From the NCBI GenBank assembly GCA_035310985.1, contig DATGDH010000133.1, positions 31,251 through 95,250 of the forward strand: DNA of 64,000 bases. Direction: 5' to 3'. A program made the position numbers and the translations under genes. The notes beneath the pieces are model-generated. The model ran no database searches and was not told where the DNA came from. It was given only the letters and a program-made list of their open reading frames with translations. This stretch comes from Burkholderiales bacterium (GTDB lineage Bacteria > Pseudomonadota > Gammaproteobacteria > Burkholderiales > SG8-39). Shown here piece after piece: positions 1 to 10,698 of the stretch (position 1 is the first letter of the stretch; the number at the start of each line of letters is the position of its first letter).

Positions 1-867
1 CCGCGCGATCGCCTGCTCGACCTCGTCCAGGTGGCGGGCGCTCGGCGAAAGCAGGATCGCCTGTGCGAGCTCGTCGTGCTCGGCCTGCGCAAAGAGGTCC
101 ATCGCCAGCCAGTCGGGCGGCGTGCTGCCGTCGCTGATCACGAGGATCTCCGACGGGCCGGCGATCATGTCGATGCCGACTTGCCCGAATACCTGGCGCT
201 TGGCGGCGGCGACGTAGGCGTTGCCCGGCCCGACGATCTTGTCCACGGCAGGCACGCTCTCGGTACCGTAGGCGAGCGCGGCCACGGCCTGCGCACCGCC
301 CAGCGCGAACACGCGATCGACGCCGGCGAGCGCGGCGGCCGCGAGCACGAGCGCATTCCTCTCGCCGCCCGGCGTCGGGCTCACCATGACGAGCTCGCCC
401 ACGCCCGCCACGCGCGCGGGAATCGCGTTCATCAGCACCGAGGACGGATAGGCCGCCTTGCCGCCTGGCACGTACAGGCCGACGCGCCCGAGCGCGCTCA
501 CGCGCTGGCCGAGGAGCGTCCCGTCGGCCTCGCGGTACTGCCAGGATTCGGCGAGCTGGTGCTCGTGGAAGCGGCGCACGCGCGCGGCCGCCTCCTCCAG
601 GGCCGCGCGCTCGCGCGCCGGCAGCGCCTCGAGCGCGGCGCGCAGCTCGGCGCGCGGGATCGCGAGCTCGGCGACCGAGCGCGCCTCGACGCGGTCGAAC
701 TTGCGCGTGTATTCGAGCAGCGCCGCATCGCCGCGGCTACGTACTTCGGCGACGATGGCGCGCACCGCCGCCTCGACCGCCTCGTCCTGCGCGGCCTCGA
801 AGCGCGTCAGGCGCGCGAGTCCGGCGTCGAACCCGGGCGCGCGCGAATCGAGCCGGCGCAGCTTCAT
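1..867 (-). CDS. hisD: Histidinol dehydrogenase (3' end runs off the window)
   Basis: Manual translation from ATG 867: MKLRRLDS...[18 protein letters not shown]...[11 protein letters not shown]...[10 protein letters not shown]...AQAEHD; ATGA overlap with the hisG stop. Confidence 0.96.
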   Translation of the reverse strand, partial: MKLRRLDSRAPGFDAGLARLTRFEAAQDEAVEAAVRAIVAEVRSRGDAALLEYTRKFDRVEARSVAELAIPRAELRAALEALPARERAALEEAAARVRRFHEHQLAESWQYREADGTLLGQRVSALGRVGLYVPGGKAAYPSSVLMNAIPARVAGVGELVMVSPTPGGERNALVLAAAALAGVDRVFALGGAQAVAALAYGTESVPAVDKIVGPGNAYVAAAKRQVFGQVGIDMIAGPSEILVISDGSTPPDWLAMDLFAQAEHDELAQAILLSPSARHLDEVEQAIAR

Positions 868-1511
868 CGCGTTTCCTGCGCGACGGCAGCGAACGCCTCG
901 ATCAGCCCCTGCAGTGCGGCGCGCTTGGTCTTGAGCGCCGCCTGGTTGACGACGAGCCGAGCGGACACCGGCATGATCTCCTCGACTGCGACCAGCTTGT
1001 TGGCGCGCAGCGTGTTGCCGCTCGAGACCAGGTCGACGATCGCGTCCGCGAGGCCCACGAGCGGCGCCAGCTCCATCGAGCCGTACAGCTTGATCAGGTC
1101 GACGTGCACGCCCTTGGCTGCAAAGTGCTCGCGCGTGGTGCGCAGGTACTTGGTCGCCACGCGCAGCCGTGCGCCGCGCCGCACTGCGCCCTCGTAATCG
1201 AAGCCTTCGGGCACCGCGACCATCATGCGGCAACGCGCGATGCCGAGGTCGACGGGCTGGTACAACCCCTCGCCGCCGTGCTCGACCAGCACGTCCTTGC
1301 CCGCGATGCCGAGGTCCGCGCCGCCGTACTGCACGTAGGTCGGTGTATCGGAGGCGCGCACGATGATCAGCCGCACTCCGGGGCGATTGGTACCGATCAC
1401 CAGCTTGCGCGAAGTCTCGGGATCCTCCTGCGCGCGCAGGCCGACGCGCGCGAGCAGCGGCGCCGTCTCCTGGTAGATGCGCCCCTTGGACAGGGCGATG
1501 CCGATGGTCAT
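864..1511 (-). CDS. hisG: ATP phosphoribosyltransferase, short form (HisZ-dependent)
   Basis: [46 protein letters not shown]; 215 aa, no C-terminal regulatory domain. Confidence 0.96.
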   Translation of the reverse strand: MTIGIALSKGRIYQETAPLLARVGLRAQEDPETSRKLVIGTNRPGVRLIIVRASDTPTYVQYGGADLGIAGKDVLVEHGGEGLYQPVDLGIARCRMMVAVPEGFDYEGAVRRGARLRVATKYLRTTREHFAAKGVHVDLIKLYGSMELAPLVGLADAIVDLVSSGNTLRANKLVAVEEIMPVSARLVVNQAALKTKRAALQGLIEAFAAVAQETR

Positions 1512-1557
1512 GGAAGGGGAACCCGCGTAGCCGAGCGCGGGATTTTACCGCACTGCG

Positions 1558-2808
1558 TCAACGCACCCGTTCGATGCGCGCACCCAGGCGAGCGAGCTTG
1601 TTCTCGAGCGCTTCGTAGCCGCGGTCCAGGTGGTAGATGCGGTCGATGACGGTCTCGCCCTGCGCCGCCAGGCCGGCGATCACCAGGCTCGCCGAGGCCC
1701 GCAAGTCGGTAGCCATCACTTGCGCCCCCGAGAGGTGCTGCACGCCGTTTACCACCGCGACGTTGCCCTTCAGCTCGATGCGCGCCCCCATGCGTGCCAG
1801 CTCCTGTACATGGGTGAAGCGGTCGTGATAGATCGTGTCTTCGACCACACTCGTGCCATCGGCGATTGCGCAGACGGCGATCATCTGCGCCTGCATGTCG
1901 GTAGGGAATCCCGGGAACGGCTGCGTCACCACGTTTACCGCTGCCGGACGCGGGGGGCCGGAGACGGCGACCGTGTCCGCACCGCGCTCGATTACGCAGC
2001 CGGCTTCCTCCAGCTTGTGCAGCGCGGCCTCGAAATGCTCCGGCACGACGCCGAGCAGGCGGATGCGGCCGCCGGTCATCGCCGCCGCTGCCGCAAACGT
2101 CGCCGCTTCGATACGGTCGGGGATGATCGTCGCGTCGATGGGCCGTAGGGCGCTCACGCCGTGAATCGTCACGCGGCGCGAGCCGAGGCCATCGATGCGC
2201 GCCCCGCAGGCGAGCAGCGCCTCGCCCAGCGCGGTGACGTCGGGTTCGATCGCCACGTTCTCCAGCACGGTCGTGCCTTGCGCGAGGACGGCGGCCATCA
2301 TGAGCTGCGCCGTGGCGCCGACCGAAACCACGTCGAAGCTCACCGTCGCGCCCCTCAGCCTCACCTCGCGGCCGACGATGTAGCCGTGCTCGATGTCGAG
2401 CTTCGCGCCCATCGCCTGCAGCCCCGTCAGGTGCAGATTGACCGGCCGCGGCCCCCAGGCGCAACCTCCGGGCAACGACACGCGCGCCTGGCCGAAGCGC
2501 GCCAGCAGCGGCCCGAGCACGTAGATGCTGGCGCGCATGGTCTTCACGAGCTCGTAGGGCGCCTCCACAGATTTGACCGCGTGCGTGTCGATCGTGAGCA
2601 GGCTGCCCTCGAACGACACTCTCGCGCCGAGCAGCTCGAGCACGCGGGCGAATGTTCGCGTGTCGCGCAGTTGCGGTACGTTGCGCAGTCGGTGAACGCC
2701 CGGCGCGAGCAGGGTCGCCGCCATGATCGGCAGCGCCGCATTCTTCGCACCCGAAATCGCGACCTCGCCCTCGAGCGGCAAACCGCCGCTGATGCGCAGC
2801 TTATCCAC
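1558..2808 (-). CDS. murA: UDP-N-acetylglucosamine 1-carboxyvinyltransferase
   Basis: GTG start (MDKLRISGG); GAKNAALP, LPGGCAWGPRP (catalytic Cys), FPTDMQAQ, TDLRAS, HLDRGYE. Confidence 0.96.
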   Translation of the reverse strand: MDKLRISGGLPLEGEVAISGAKNAALPIMAATLLAPGVHRLRNVPQLRDTRTFARVLELLGARVSFEGSLLTIDTHAVKSVEAPYELVKTMRASIYVLGPLLARFGQARVSLPGGCAWGPRPVNLHLTGLQAMGAKLDIEHGYIVGREVRLRGATVSFDVVSVGATAQLMMAAVLAQGTTVLENVAIEPDVTALGEALLACGARIDGLGSRRVTIHGVSALRPIDATIIPDRIEAATFAAAAAMTGGRIRLLGVVPEHFEAALHKLEEAGCVIERGADTVAVSGPPRPAAVNVVTQPFPGFPTDMQAQMIAVCAIADGTSVVEDTIYHDRFTHVQELARMGARIELKGNVAVVNGVQHLSGAQVMATDLRASASLVIAGLAAQGETVIDRIYHLDRGYEALENKLARLGARIERVR

Positions 2809-3040
2809 CGGCGCGCCACTCCGCGGGCGTGAGCGTGCGCATCGACAGCGCGTGGATCTCCTCGCGCATGCGCTCGCCGAGCGCGGCGTACACCAGCTGG
2901 TGGCGCTGCACGCGGCTGCGCCCCTCGAATTCGCGCGACACGACGAGCGCCGTGAAATGCTGACCGTCACCGCCCACCTCGAGGTGCTCGCAGGCGAGCC
3001 CGGCTGCAATTCCCTGCCTGACGCTTTCAGCCGTCACCAT
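2801..3040 (-). CDS. BolA/IbaG family protein
   Basis: GDGQHF, RVQRHQLVYAALG, EIHALSMRT; directly upstream of murA. Confidence 0.92.
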   Translation of the reverse strand: MVTAESVRQGIAAGLACEHLEVGGDGQHFTALVVSREFEGRSRVQRHQLVYAALGERMREEIHALSMRTLTPAEWRAGG

Positions 3041-3043
3041 TTC

Positions 3044-3799
3044 CTATCCCCGCATCTTGTAGCCGTTCCCGAGCAGCGCGAGCGTGCCCGCCGTCACCAG
3101 CGCGAAGCTTATACCGACCACGACCAGGCTGACCGCGGGCGAGATGTCCGAGACGCCGAAGAAGCCGTAGCGGAACCCGTCGATCATGTAGAAAAAGGGG
3201 TTCGCGTGCGACAGCTTCTGCCAGAACGGCGGCAGCGAGTGGATCGAATAGAACACGCCCGAGAGGAAGGTGAGCGGCACGATGACGAAGTTCTGGAAGC
3301 CCGCGAGCTGGTCGAAGCGCTCGGCCCAGATGCCGGCGATCAGGCCGAGCGCGCCAAGCAGCGCGCTGCCGAGCAGCGCGAACGCGAGCGCCCAGAGCGG
3401 CGCCGCGAGGCGCAGCTCGACGAACCAGACGGATACGAGCAGCACGCCCGCCGCCACCACCAGCGCGCGCGCCATCGAGGCGAGCACGTAGGCGAGGAAG
3501 AACTCGAGGTACGAAATCGGCGCGAGCAGGATGAACACCACGTTGCCGGTGATCTTGGACTGGATCACGCTCGAAGAGCTGTTGGCGAACGCGTTCTGCA
3601 GCGCGCTCATCATCACCAGCCCCGGCACGAGAAACGCCGTGTAGCGCACGTCCTCGTATATGCGCATCTGGCCCTCGAGCGCGTGCGCGAAGATGAGCAG
3701 GTACAAAAGCGCCGTCAGCACCGGCGCGCCTACCGTCTGGAAGCTCACCTTCCAGAAGCGCAGCAGCTCCTTGCGCAACAGCGCCGCAAAGCCCTGCAT
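3044..3799 (-). CDS. ABC-2 type transporter permease (YadH-like)
   Basis: MQGFAALLRKELLRFWKV..., FLVPGLVMM, PLTFLSGVFY, NPFFYMIDGFRYG; about 6 TM segments. Confidence 0.9.
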   Translation of the reverse strand: MQGFAALLRKELLRFWKVSFQTVGAPVLTALLYLLIFAHALEGQMRIYEDVRYTAFLVPGLVMMSALQNAFANSSSSVIQSKITGNVVFILLAPISYLEFFLAYVLASMARALVVAAGVLLVSVWFVELRLAAPLWALAFALLGSALLGALGLIAGIWAERFDQLAGFQNFVIVPLTFLSGVFYSIHSLPPFWQKLSHANPFFYMIDGFRYGFFGVSDISPAVSLVVVGISFALVTAGTLALLGNGYKMRG

Positions 3800-4698
3800 C
3801 AGTGCCGCCCCATGACGCGCAGGAACACCTCCTCGAGGTCGGGCTGCTCGAGCTCGAACTCCTTGATCGCGACGCCCGCCTGGCGCAGCTGCGCGAGCAC
3901 GTTCTCCAGTTCGGCATAGCCTTCCAGGCGCAGGGTGACGCGCGCGCCGTCGCGCGCCAGCACGCGCGCGGCGAAGGCCTCGGGCAGCTCGCCGCGCTCC
4001 AGGCCGAGCCGCAGCTGCAGGCCGGAGAAGGTGGCGAGCAGGTTGCGCGTCGTGTCGAGCGCCACCAGGCGTCCGGCCTTGAGCATCGCGATGCGCGTGC
4101 ACAGCGACTCGGCCTCCTCGAGGTAGTGCGTGGTGAGCACCACGGTATGGCCGTCGCGGTTCAGGCGCCGCACGAATTGCCACAGCCCCTGGCGCAGCTC
4201 GACGTCCACTCCGGCGGTCGGCTCGTCGAGCACGATCACCGGCGGCTTGTGCACAAGCGCCTGCGCCACCAGCACGCGCCGCTTCATGCCGCCGGAGAGC
4301 GCGCGCATGTTCACGTCCGCCTTCGCTTCGAGGTCGAGGTGGTGCAGCACTTCGTCGATCCAGGGGTCCGCGGCGCGCACGCCGAAGTACCCGGCCTGGA
4401 AGCGCAGCGTCTCGCGCACCGTGAAGAACGGGTCGAACACCAGCTCTTGCGGCACCACGCCCAGCATGCGCCGCGCGCGGCGGTAGTCGGCGGCGACGTC
4501 CGCGCCGAGCACCTTCGCCGAGCCAGCGTCGGGCCGCACCAAGCCCGCCACCACGCTGATGAGGGTCGTCTTGCCCGCGCCGTTCGGTCCGAGCAGGCCG
4601 AAGAACTCGCCCTGGGCGATCGACAGGCTCACGCCGGCGAGCGCCCGCAGCGCGCCGTAGCGTTTCTCGACGCCGCGGATCTCGATCGCCGGGGTCAG
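3799..4698 (-). CDS. ABC transporter ATP-binding protein (YadG-like); start uncertain, probably CTG
   Basis: [23 protein letters not shown]; no in-frame ATG/GTG/TTG near the domain start; CTG overlaps the mlaB TGA. Confidence 0.88.
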   Translation of the reverse strand: MTPAIEIRGVEKRYGALRALAGVSLSIAQGEFFGLLGPNGAGKTTLISVVAGLVRPDAGSAKVLGADVAADYRRARRMLGVVPQELVFDPFFTVRETLRFQAGYFGVRAADPWIDEVLHHLDLEAKADVNMRALSGGMKRRVLVAQALVHKPPVIVLDEPTAGVDVELRQGLWQFVRRLNRDGHTVVLTTHYLEEAESLCTRIAMLKAGRLVALDTTRNLLATFSGLQLRLGLERGELPEAFAARVLARDGARVTLRLEGYAELENVLAQLRQAGVAIKEFELEQPDLEEVFLRVMGRH

Positions 4699-4985
4699 TG
4701 TCGTGCGCCCGATCCGGCGAGCAACCCGTCCACGCCGTACAGGCGGGCGATGGTGACCAGCCCCTCGGGCAGGCGGTCGAAGCCGATCTCGACTCCCGCG
4801 CGCCGCGCTTCGCGCATCCATACGAGCATGGCGGCGAGCAGCGAGGAGTCGATCTCGGTGACCTCGCCCAGGTCGACGGTGCGCGCGCCGTCGCGCAGCT
4901 CGCGCACCCCGTCGGCGAGCACCTGCGCGACGTTGGCGAGCGTCACCGGACCGCTGACCACCAGCCGCGCGCCGTCGCGCCGCAT
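4695..4985 (-). CDS. mlaB: STAS-domain subunit of the Mla phospholipid transporter
   Basis: VDLGEVTEIDSSLLAAM, IARLYGV; last gene of the mla operon. Confidence 0.88.
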   Translation of the reverse strand: MRRDGARLVVSGPVTLANVAQVLADGVRELRDGARTVDLGEVTEIDSSLLAAMLVWMREARRAGVEIGFDRLPEGLVTIARLYGVDGLLAGSGARH

Positions 4986-5626
4986 CACTTCTTGCCCGCG
5001 ATGGGCGCGTGCTCGAGCGACTTGTTCTTCGCTTCGAGCGACTTGAGCAGCCCTTCGACGCCGTTCCTGCGCACCTCGGCGTCGAACTCGGTACGGTAGT
5101 TTGCCACCAGACTCACGCCGGCGACGTACACGTTGTAGCACTTCCAGCCGTCCGGGGTGTTTTCCATGTCGTAGTCGATCCTTACCGCTTCGCGGCCGGG
5201 CTGGATTACGCGCACGTTGACCGTGACGTCGGTCGCGTCCGGCGCCGCCCGCAGCGGCTGGAACTCGAATTTCTCGTCCTGGTAATTGGAGATCGCGCTC
5301 GAGTAGGTGCGCACCAACAGGGTCTTGAACTCGACGACCAGGCGTTTTTTCTGCTCGGGCGACGCCTGCCGCCAGTTGCGCCCCATTGCGATGCGCGTCA
5401 TGGTCTCGAAGTCGAAGTGCGGCAGCACCTTCTCCTCGACCAGCGCGATGATCTTCTTGTGGTCGCCGGCCTGGATGTCGCGGTCGCGCTTGACGATGTC
5501 GAGCACCTCGAGCGTGACCTTCTTGACCAGCACGTCGGGCGCGACCTCTGCCGCGGCCCCGGTCGCCGGCGCCACGAGCAACGCGCCCAAGACGAACAAC
5601 GCTACGCGTTCGATCATGCGCCACAT
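4985..5626 (-). CDS. mlaC: Periplasmic phospholipid-binding protein (Ttg2D)
   Basis: Signal peptide; LPHFDF, MGRNWRQAS, LLVRTYS, GVSLVANYR. Confidence 0.92.
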   Translation of the reverse strand: MWRMIERVALFVLGALLVAPATGAAAEVAPDVLVKKVTLEVLDIVKRDRDIQAGDHKKIIALVEEKVLPHFDFETMTRIAMGRNWRQASPEQKKRLVVEFKTLLVRTYSSAISNYQDEKFEFQPLRAAPDATDVTVNVRVIQPGREAVRIDYDMENTPDGWKCYNVYVAGVSLVANYRTEFDAEVRRNGVEGLLKSLEAKNKSLEHAPIAGKK

Positions 5627-5629
5627 GTC

Positions 5630-6328
5630 TCACTCCTCCGGTAGCCGCTCGCGCGGCGGATTGCCGTCATAGATGAGGCTCCTGCGACGCTGCAGGTAGA
5701 AATCGCGCCGGAACGCGTATTCGTCCAGCGCCGCCTGCTCGACGATCGTGCTCGCCTCGAGCAACTCGGCGCGGTCGTTCACGACGCGCACCGCGGCCAT
5801 GCTGTTACGCACCGGGACGTTGTGGTAGCCGAGCAGCGGCGAGGCGTACAAATCGAAGCCGAGCCCGACGCCGTCGCGCACGTCGCTCGGACCGAAAAAC
5901 GGTAGCACCAGGTAAGGGCCGCTCTTCACGCCCCACACGCCGAAGGTCTGGCCGAAGTCCTCGTTGTGCTTTTCCAGCCCCATCTCGCTCGCCACGTCGT
6001 TTATGCCCGCCAGACCGAACGTGGTGTTCCACAGCACGCGCGACCAGTCGCTGAACCCCTCGCCCGGCTTGCCCTGCAGCACGTTGTTGACGCCGATGAA
6101 GACGTCCGAAATGTTCGAGAAGAAGTTGCGCACCATGACGCGCAGCGGGCTCGGCAGCACGTCGCGGTACGCGGTGGCCACCGGCTTGAGCACGGCCCGG
6201 TCCAGGCCGTCGTTGAAGGAGAACACCGCGCGGTTGACGCTTTCGTAGGGATCGCGCGGGTCGGGATTCTGCACGGTGGCGCAACCCGACGCAAGCAAGA
6301 AGACGAATGCGAGCGCGGGCGACTTCAT
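5630..6328 (-). CDS. mlaA: VacJ/MlaA outer-membrane lipoprotein
   Basis: Lipobox LASGC; DPYESVNRAVFSFN, EDFGQTFGVWG, GPYLVLPFFGPS. Confidence 0.94.
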   Translation of the reverse strand: MKSPALAFVFLLASGCATVQNPDPRDPYESVNRAVFSFNDGLDRAVLKPVATAYRDVLPSPLRVMVRNFFSNISDVFIGVNNVLQGKPGEGFSDWSRVLWNTTFGLAGINDVASEMGLEKHNEDFGQTFGVWGVKSGPYLVLPFFGPSDVRDGVGLGFDLYASPLLGYHNVPVRNSMAAVRVVNDRAELLEASTIVEQAALDEYAFRRDFYLQRRRSLIYDGNPPRERLPEE

Positions 6329-6798
6329 TTCTTGTTATCCCCGCCTTCCGCCGCCTTGTTGAACAGGAACTGGCCGATCAGGTTCTCCAGCACTACCGCC
6401 GACTGCGTCAGCCGAAGCCGGTCGCCGTTCGCAAGCATCTTGCTGTCGCCGCCGGCCTCGAGGCCGATGTACTGCTCGCCGAGCAGTCCCGAAGTGAGGA
6501 TCTTCGCCACAGTGTCGCGCGGAAACTTGTATTGCGAGTCTAGGCTCATGGTGACGATCGCCTCGTAGGCCTGATCGTCGAAGCGGATGTCGCTCACCCG
6601 TCCGACGACCACCCCCGCGCTCTTGATCGGTGCGCGCACCTTGAGCCCGCCAATGTTAGCAAAGTTGGCCGATACGCGATAAACCTCGTTGGTGGTGAAA
6701 GACGCGAGATTGCCCACTTTCAGCGCGAGAAAAAGCAGTGCGCCGAGTCCCGCCGCGACGAATAGTCCGACCCAGAGATCGATCGTGGAGCGGTTCAT
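6325..6798 (-). CDS. mlaD: MCE-domain protein
   Basis: [41 protein letters not shown]. Confidence 0.95.
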   Translation of the reverse strand: MNRSTIDLWVGLFVAAGLGALLFLALKVGNLASFTTNEVYRVSANFANIGGLKVRAPIKSAGVVVGRVSDIRFDDQAYEAIVTMSLDSQYKFPRDTVAKILTSGLLGEQYIGLEAGGDSKMLANGDRLRLTQSAVVLENLIGQFLFNKAAEGGDNKK

Positions 6799-7601
6799 CT
6801 TACGTTACCTCCGGTGAACATAAGCGCGGTCAAAATAAAATCGAGCGCGAGAATCGCGAGCGACGAAGTGACCACGGTACGCGTGGTCGCGCCCGACACG
6901 CCTTCGGCCGTTGGCGGTGCGTCGTAGCCCTCGAACACCGCGATCCACGACACCGCGATGCCGAATACGAAGCTCTTGATCACGCCGTTCAGGATGTCCT
7001 CGCGCAAGTCTACCGCCGCCTGCATCTGCGACCAGAACGCCCCTTCGTCGACGCCGATCAGCCGCACTCCGATGAGGTAGCCGCCGAAGATGCCCATCGC
7101 GGAAAACAAGGCGGCAAGCAGCGGCATGGAGATGACGCCGCCCCAGAAGCGCGGCGCGACGACGCGCGCGATCGGGTCGACCGCCATCATTTCCATGGCA
7201 GAGATCTGCTCGGTCGCCTTCATCAGGCCGATCTCGGCGGTGATGGCCGAGCCGGCGCGGCTGGCGAACAGCAGCCCCGCGACAACCGGGCCGAGCTCGC
7301 GCACCAGCGAGAGCGCCACCAGCACGCCGAGCGCCTCGGACGAGCCATAGCGCTCGAGGGTGTTGTAGCCCTGCAGACCGAGCACCATTCCGACGAACAG
7401 CCCTGAGACGAGGATGATGACGAGCGACAGCACCCCGGAGAAGTAGATCTCGCGGATGGTGAGCGGAAAGCGCCGCAGCGCGGTGCCCGAGTGCAGCAGC
7501 ATGTAGCCGAGGAAGCGGCTCGCGTAGCCTAGCCGCCAGATGCGCGCCGTCACCCAGCTTCCGAGGCGCTCGAAGAATGCGCGCAGCGCGCCGCCCGGCA
7601 T
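6795..7601 (-). CDS. mlaE: Mla ABC permease
   Basis: [40 protein letters not shown]. Confidence 0.95.
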   Translation of the reverse strand: MPGGALRAFFERLGSWVTARIWRLGYASRFLGYMLLHSGTALRRFPLTIREIYFSGVLSLVIILVSGLFVGMVLGLQGYNTLERYGSSEALGVLVALSLVRELGPVVAGLLFASRAGSAITAEIGLMKATEQISAMEMMAVDPIARVVAPRFWGGVISMPLLAALFSAMGIFGGYLIGVRLIGVDEGAFWSQMQAAVDLREDILNGVIKSFVFGIAVSWIAVFEGYDAPPTAEGVSGATTRTVVTSSLAILALDFILTALMFTGGNVR

Positions 7602-7602
7602 C

Positions 7603-8412
7603 TCAGCTTCCCGTCAGCTCGAGGTCGGCGTCGTAGCTCGGCGCCGGATAGTTGAACGGCACCGGACCGTCCGGCTTGCCGTGCACGAACTGATCGACGA
7701 ACGGCTCGCGCGAGGCGCGCACGGACTGCGGATCGCCCTCGGAGACGACGCGGCCATCGGCCATGAAATAGAGGTGATCGACCAGGTCGAGGCATTCCTG
7801 CACGTCGTGGCTGACGATGATCGATGTCGCGCCAAGCGAATCGTTCAGCTCGCGGATGAGGCGCGCGATGGCTCCGAGCGAGATGGGATCAAGCCCGGTG
7901 AAAGGCTCGTCGTAGAGCATGAGCTGCGGGTCGAGCGCTACGGCGCGCGCGAGCGCGACGCGCCGCGCCATGCCCCCTGAGAGCTCCGAAGGCATCAGCT
8001 GCGACGCGCCGCGCAGTCCGACAGCCTGCAGCTTCATCATCACGAGGTCGTGGATCAGCTCTTCGGGCAGATCCGTGTGCTCGCGCATCTGGAACGCCAC
8101 ATTGTCGTACACCGACATATCGGTGAACAAGGCGCCGAACTGGAACAGCATGCCCATCCTGCGGCGCATCGCGTACAGCCCGTCGCGATCGAGATCGCGC
8201 GTCAACTTGCCGAACACACGCGCGCTGCCGCGCGAGGGCAGCAGCGCGCCGCCGATGATGCGCAACAGCGTGGTCTTACCGCAGCCCGACTGGCCCATAA
8301 TGCCGACGACCCGGCCGCGCGGAATGGAGATGCTCACGTCGCGCAGCACCGGCCGCGCGGTATCGTAGCCGAACCAGGTGTTTTCCACTGCGACGATGCT
8401 CGATGCGGACAA
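7603..8412 (-). CDS. mlaF: Mla ABC ATP-binding subunit
   Basis: [45 protein letters not shown] start. Confidence 0.94.
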   Translation of the reverse strand: MSASSIVAVENTWFGYDTARPVLRDVSISIPRGRVVGIMGQSGCGKTTLLRIIGGALLPSRGSARVFGKLTRDLDRDGLYAMRRRMGMLFQFGALFTDMSVYDNVAFQMREHTDLPEELIHDLVMMKLQAVGLRGASQLMPSELSGGMARRVALARAVALDPQLMLYDEPFTGLDPISLGAIARLIRELNDSLGATSIIVSHDVQECLDLVDHLYFMADGRVVSEGDPQSVRASREPFVDQFVHGKPDGPVPFNYPAPSYDADLELTGS

Positions 8413-8456
8413 GGGAAAAGACGCCGCGCAAAAACGCGGATTCTACCCGCATGTGC

Positions 8457-8471
8457 ATATATATATATCAT
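8457..8471 (+). promoter_or_regulatory. (AT)6 tract running into a -10-like TATCAT (8466-8471), 7 nt before ATG 8479
   Basis: atatatatatatcat in the divergent mlaF / pilus-cluster spacer of a very GC-rich sequence. Confidence 0.5.
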
Positions 8472-8478
8472 TGGCGGC

Positions 8479-9237
8479 ATGCCAGTTCGGGAAAGCACGG
8501 CCGTGCTGCGCATCACGCGGCTCGAGAAGCGCTACGGCAAGCGGCTGGTGCTCGCCGGGGTCGACCTCGATCTCGCGGCCGGCGAGTCGCTCGGCTTGGT
8601 CGGACTGAATGGCGCGGGCAAGACCACCCTCATCAAGTGCCTGCTCGATCTGTGCGGCCACGATTCGGGCGCGATCGAACTGTTCGGCCTGCGCAACGAC
8701 GAGCCGCGCGCGCGGCAACGGCTTGCCTATGTGCCGGAGCGCTTCATGCCGCCGCATTATCTGCTGTGCCGGGAGTTTCTCGGCCTGATGCTTTCGCTTT
8801 CGGGTGGCCGCTACGAGCGCGAGCGCGCACGCGTTGCACTCGTCGAGCTCGAGCTCGACGCGGAAGTGCTCGACCGCCCGGTGCGCCAGCTCTCCAAGGG
8901 AATGACGCAGAAGCTCGGGCTCGCGGCCTGCTTTCTGCTGGAGCGCGACTTGTACGTGCTTGACGAGCCCATGAGCGGCCTTGACCCCGCCAGCCGGGTC
9001 GCGGTCAAATCGGTGTTGCACCGCCTCAAGAACGAGGGCCGGGCGTTGCTCATCACCTCGCACGTGCTCTCGGACGTGGAGGAATTATGCTCATCAGTGG
9101 CGGTGCTCGATCGCGGAATGATCAGATTTCGCGGCACGCCGGCGGCGCTGTGCGACCGTTATGCCGAGCCGCAACTTGAGCGGGCATTTCTGAGGTGCAT
9201 TCGCGACAATGGCGAGCAACTTGCAGGACGCGCGTGA
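8479..9237 (+). CDS. ABC transporter ATP-binding protein, PilH-like (Myxococcus type)
   Basis: GLNGAGKTT, signature LSKGMTQK, YVLDEPMSGLDP, TSH; first gene of the pilus block. Confidence 0.85.
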   Translation: MPVRESTAVLRITRLEKRYGKRLVLAGVDLDLAAGESLGLVGLNGAGKTTLIKCLLDLCGHDSGAIELFGLRNDEPRARQRLAYVPERFMPPHYLLCREFLGLMLSLSGGRYERERARVALVELELDAEVLDRPVRQLSKGMTQKLGLAACFLLERDLYVLDEPMSGLDPASRVAVKSVLHRLKNEGRALLITSHVLSDVEELCSSVAVLDRGMIRFRGTPAALCDRYAEPQLERAFLRCIRDNGEQLAGRA

Positions 9238-10687
9238 GGGCAAGCCCTCGCTGCTGATCGTCGACGACGATGCGCTGATCACCGATTCGCTGGCGTTCGC
9301 GCTCGGCGCCGATTTCGAGGTTTACACGAGCGACGCGCGTCAGGCCACGATCGATCTTCTGCGTCAGCTGCCGCAGGCGCCGCAGTTGGCGCTCGTCGAC
9401 CTCGGGCTGCCGCCGACTCCGCACGCGCCTGACGAGGGATTCCAGCTGATCGGCGATCTCCTCGCGCACTCGCGCAGCATGAAGATCTTCGTGCTCTCCG
9501 GCCAGAACGACGCCGCGAACGCGCGCCACGCGCGCACGCTGGGCGCAATCGAGTTCATCGCCAAGCCCTGCGATCCCGCCACGCTGAAGCGCAGCTTGCT
9601 GCGCGCCCTTGAAATGCGCGCCGCGGAGATCGTCGCGCCCCCGGAGGATGCCGCGGTGCTGATCGGCGAGAGCCCGGCACTCGCCAAGCTCAAGAGCCAG
9701 GTCGCCCAGTTCGCCGACTCGCCGTTCCCCGTGCTGATCGAGGGAGAGTCGGGCAGCGGCAAGGACCTGGTGGCCCAGAGCCTGCACCGCCGCTCGGTGC
9801 GCGCGACCAGGCCGTATCTCGCTCTCAATTGCGCGGCGATATCGCCGACCCTCGTCGAGCCGACGCTGTTCGGCTACGCGAAGGGCGCGTTCACCGGCGC
9901 CACGGCGAACAAGTCGGGCTACTTCGAGGATGCGCAGGACGGCACGCTGTTCCTCGATGAAGTGGGCGAGCTGCCGCTCGAGATGCAGGCCAAGCTTCTG
10001 CGTGTGCTCGAAAACGGCGAGTTCCAGCGCGTTGGCGAGACGCAGCGGCGCGTCTCGCGCGCACGCGTAGTCGCAGCGACCAACCGCGATCTGCGCCAGG
10101 AGGTCAAGCGCGGGACGTTCCGCGCCGACCTGTATCACCGTCTGTCGGTGCTCACCCTGTCGGTGCCGCCGCTGCGCGAGCTTGCCCAGGACAAGCTCCT
10201 GTTGCTTGAGCAGTTCCGCCGCCTGTATGCACAGATGTCCGGCACGCAGCCGTTTTCGCTCGATGCGGAGGCCGAGCGTCGCTGGCTCGGCTATCTATTC
10301 CCGGGAAACGTGCGCGAGCTGCGCAACATCGTCATCCGGCTTACGACCAAGCACGCCGGACAGCGCCTGTCGGTCGCCGAGCTCGAGCAAGAATTCGATC
10401 TCGAGGCGCGTCCGCCTGGTCCGGCGCATACGGCCGAGGGCGCCGACCTCGTCGAGCAGGCGCGACGGCACCTCGAGCAGGCGCGCAATTTCAGCTTGGA
10501 CGAGACGCTAAGGAGCTGGGAGCGCGGCTATATCGAGGCCGCGCTCAAACTTAGCGGCGGCAACGTCAGCCAAGCGGCCAGGATACTCGGCGTCAACCGC
10601 ACCACGCTCTATAGCCGCATGTCCAGCGACGCCGGGGAGATTCAGGGCGCTGCCGACGCAGCGCTGGCCCAGCAAACACCGAAGTAG
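9209..10687 (+). CDS. Sigma54-dependent response regulator (REC-AAA+-Fis HTH), PrsR-like
   Basis: [57 protein letters not shown]. Confidence 0.92.
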   Translation: MASNLQDAREGKPSLLIVDDDALITDSLAFALGADFEVYTSDARQATIDLLRQLPQAPQLALVDLGLPPTPHAPDEGFQLIGDLLAHSRSMKIFVLSGQNDAANARHARTLGAIEFIAKPCDPATLKRSLLRALEMRAAEIVAPPEDAAVLIGESPALAKLKSQVAQFADSPFPVLIEGESGSGKDLVAQSLHRRSVRATRPYLALNCAAISPTLVEPTLFGYAKGAFTGATANKSGYFEDAQDGTLFLDEVGELPLEMQAKLLRVLENGEFQRVGETQRRVSRARVVAATNRDLRQEVKRGTFRADLYHRLSVLTLSVPPLRELAQDKLLLLEQFRRLYAQMSGTQPFSLDAEAERRWLGYLFPGNVRELRNIVIRLTTKHAGQRLSVAELEQEFDLEARPPGPAHTAEGADLVEQARRHLEQARNFSLDETLRSWERGYIEAALKLSGGNVSQAARILGVNRTTLYSRMSSDAGEIQGAADAALAQQTPK

Positions 10688-10698
10688 CGCGCGGCGCT

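Noticed and set aside
31..1197. 388-aa plus-strand ORF and many similar long ORFs (e.g. 15851-17539, 29594-32122, 42539-44281, 47112-49481, 59972-61462)
   Set aside because: Antisense or frame shadows of well-supported genes; Arg/Ala-rich with no motifs, as expected at high GC.
864..1511. HisG looks truncated
   Set aside because: The short HisG form partnered by HisZ is a normal variant, not a pseudogene.
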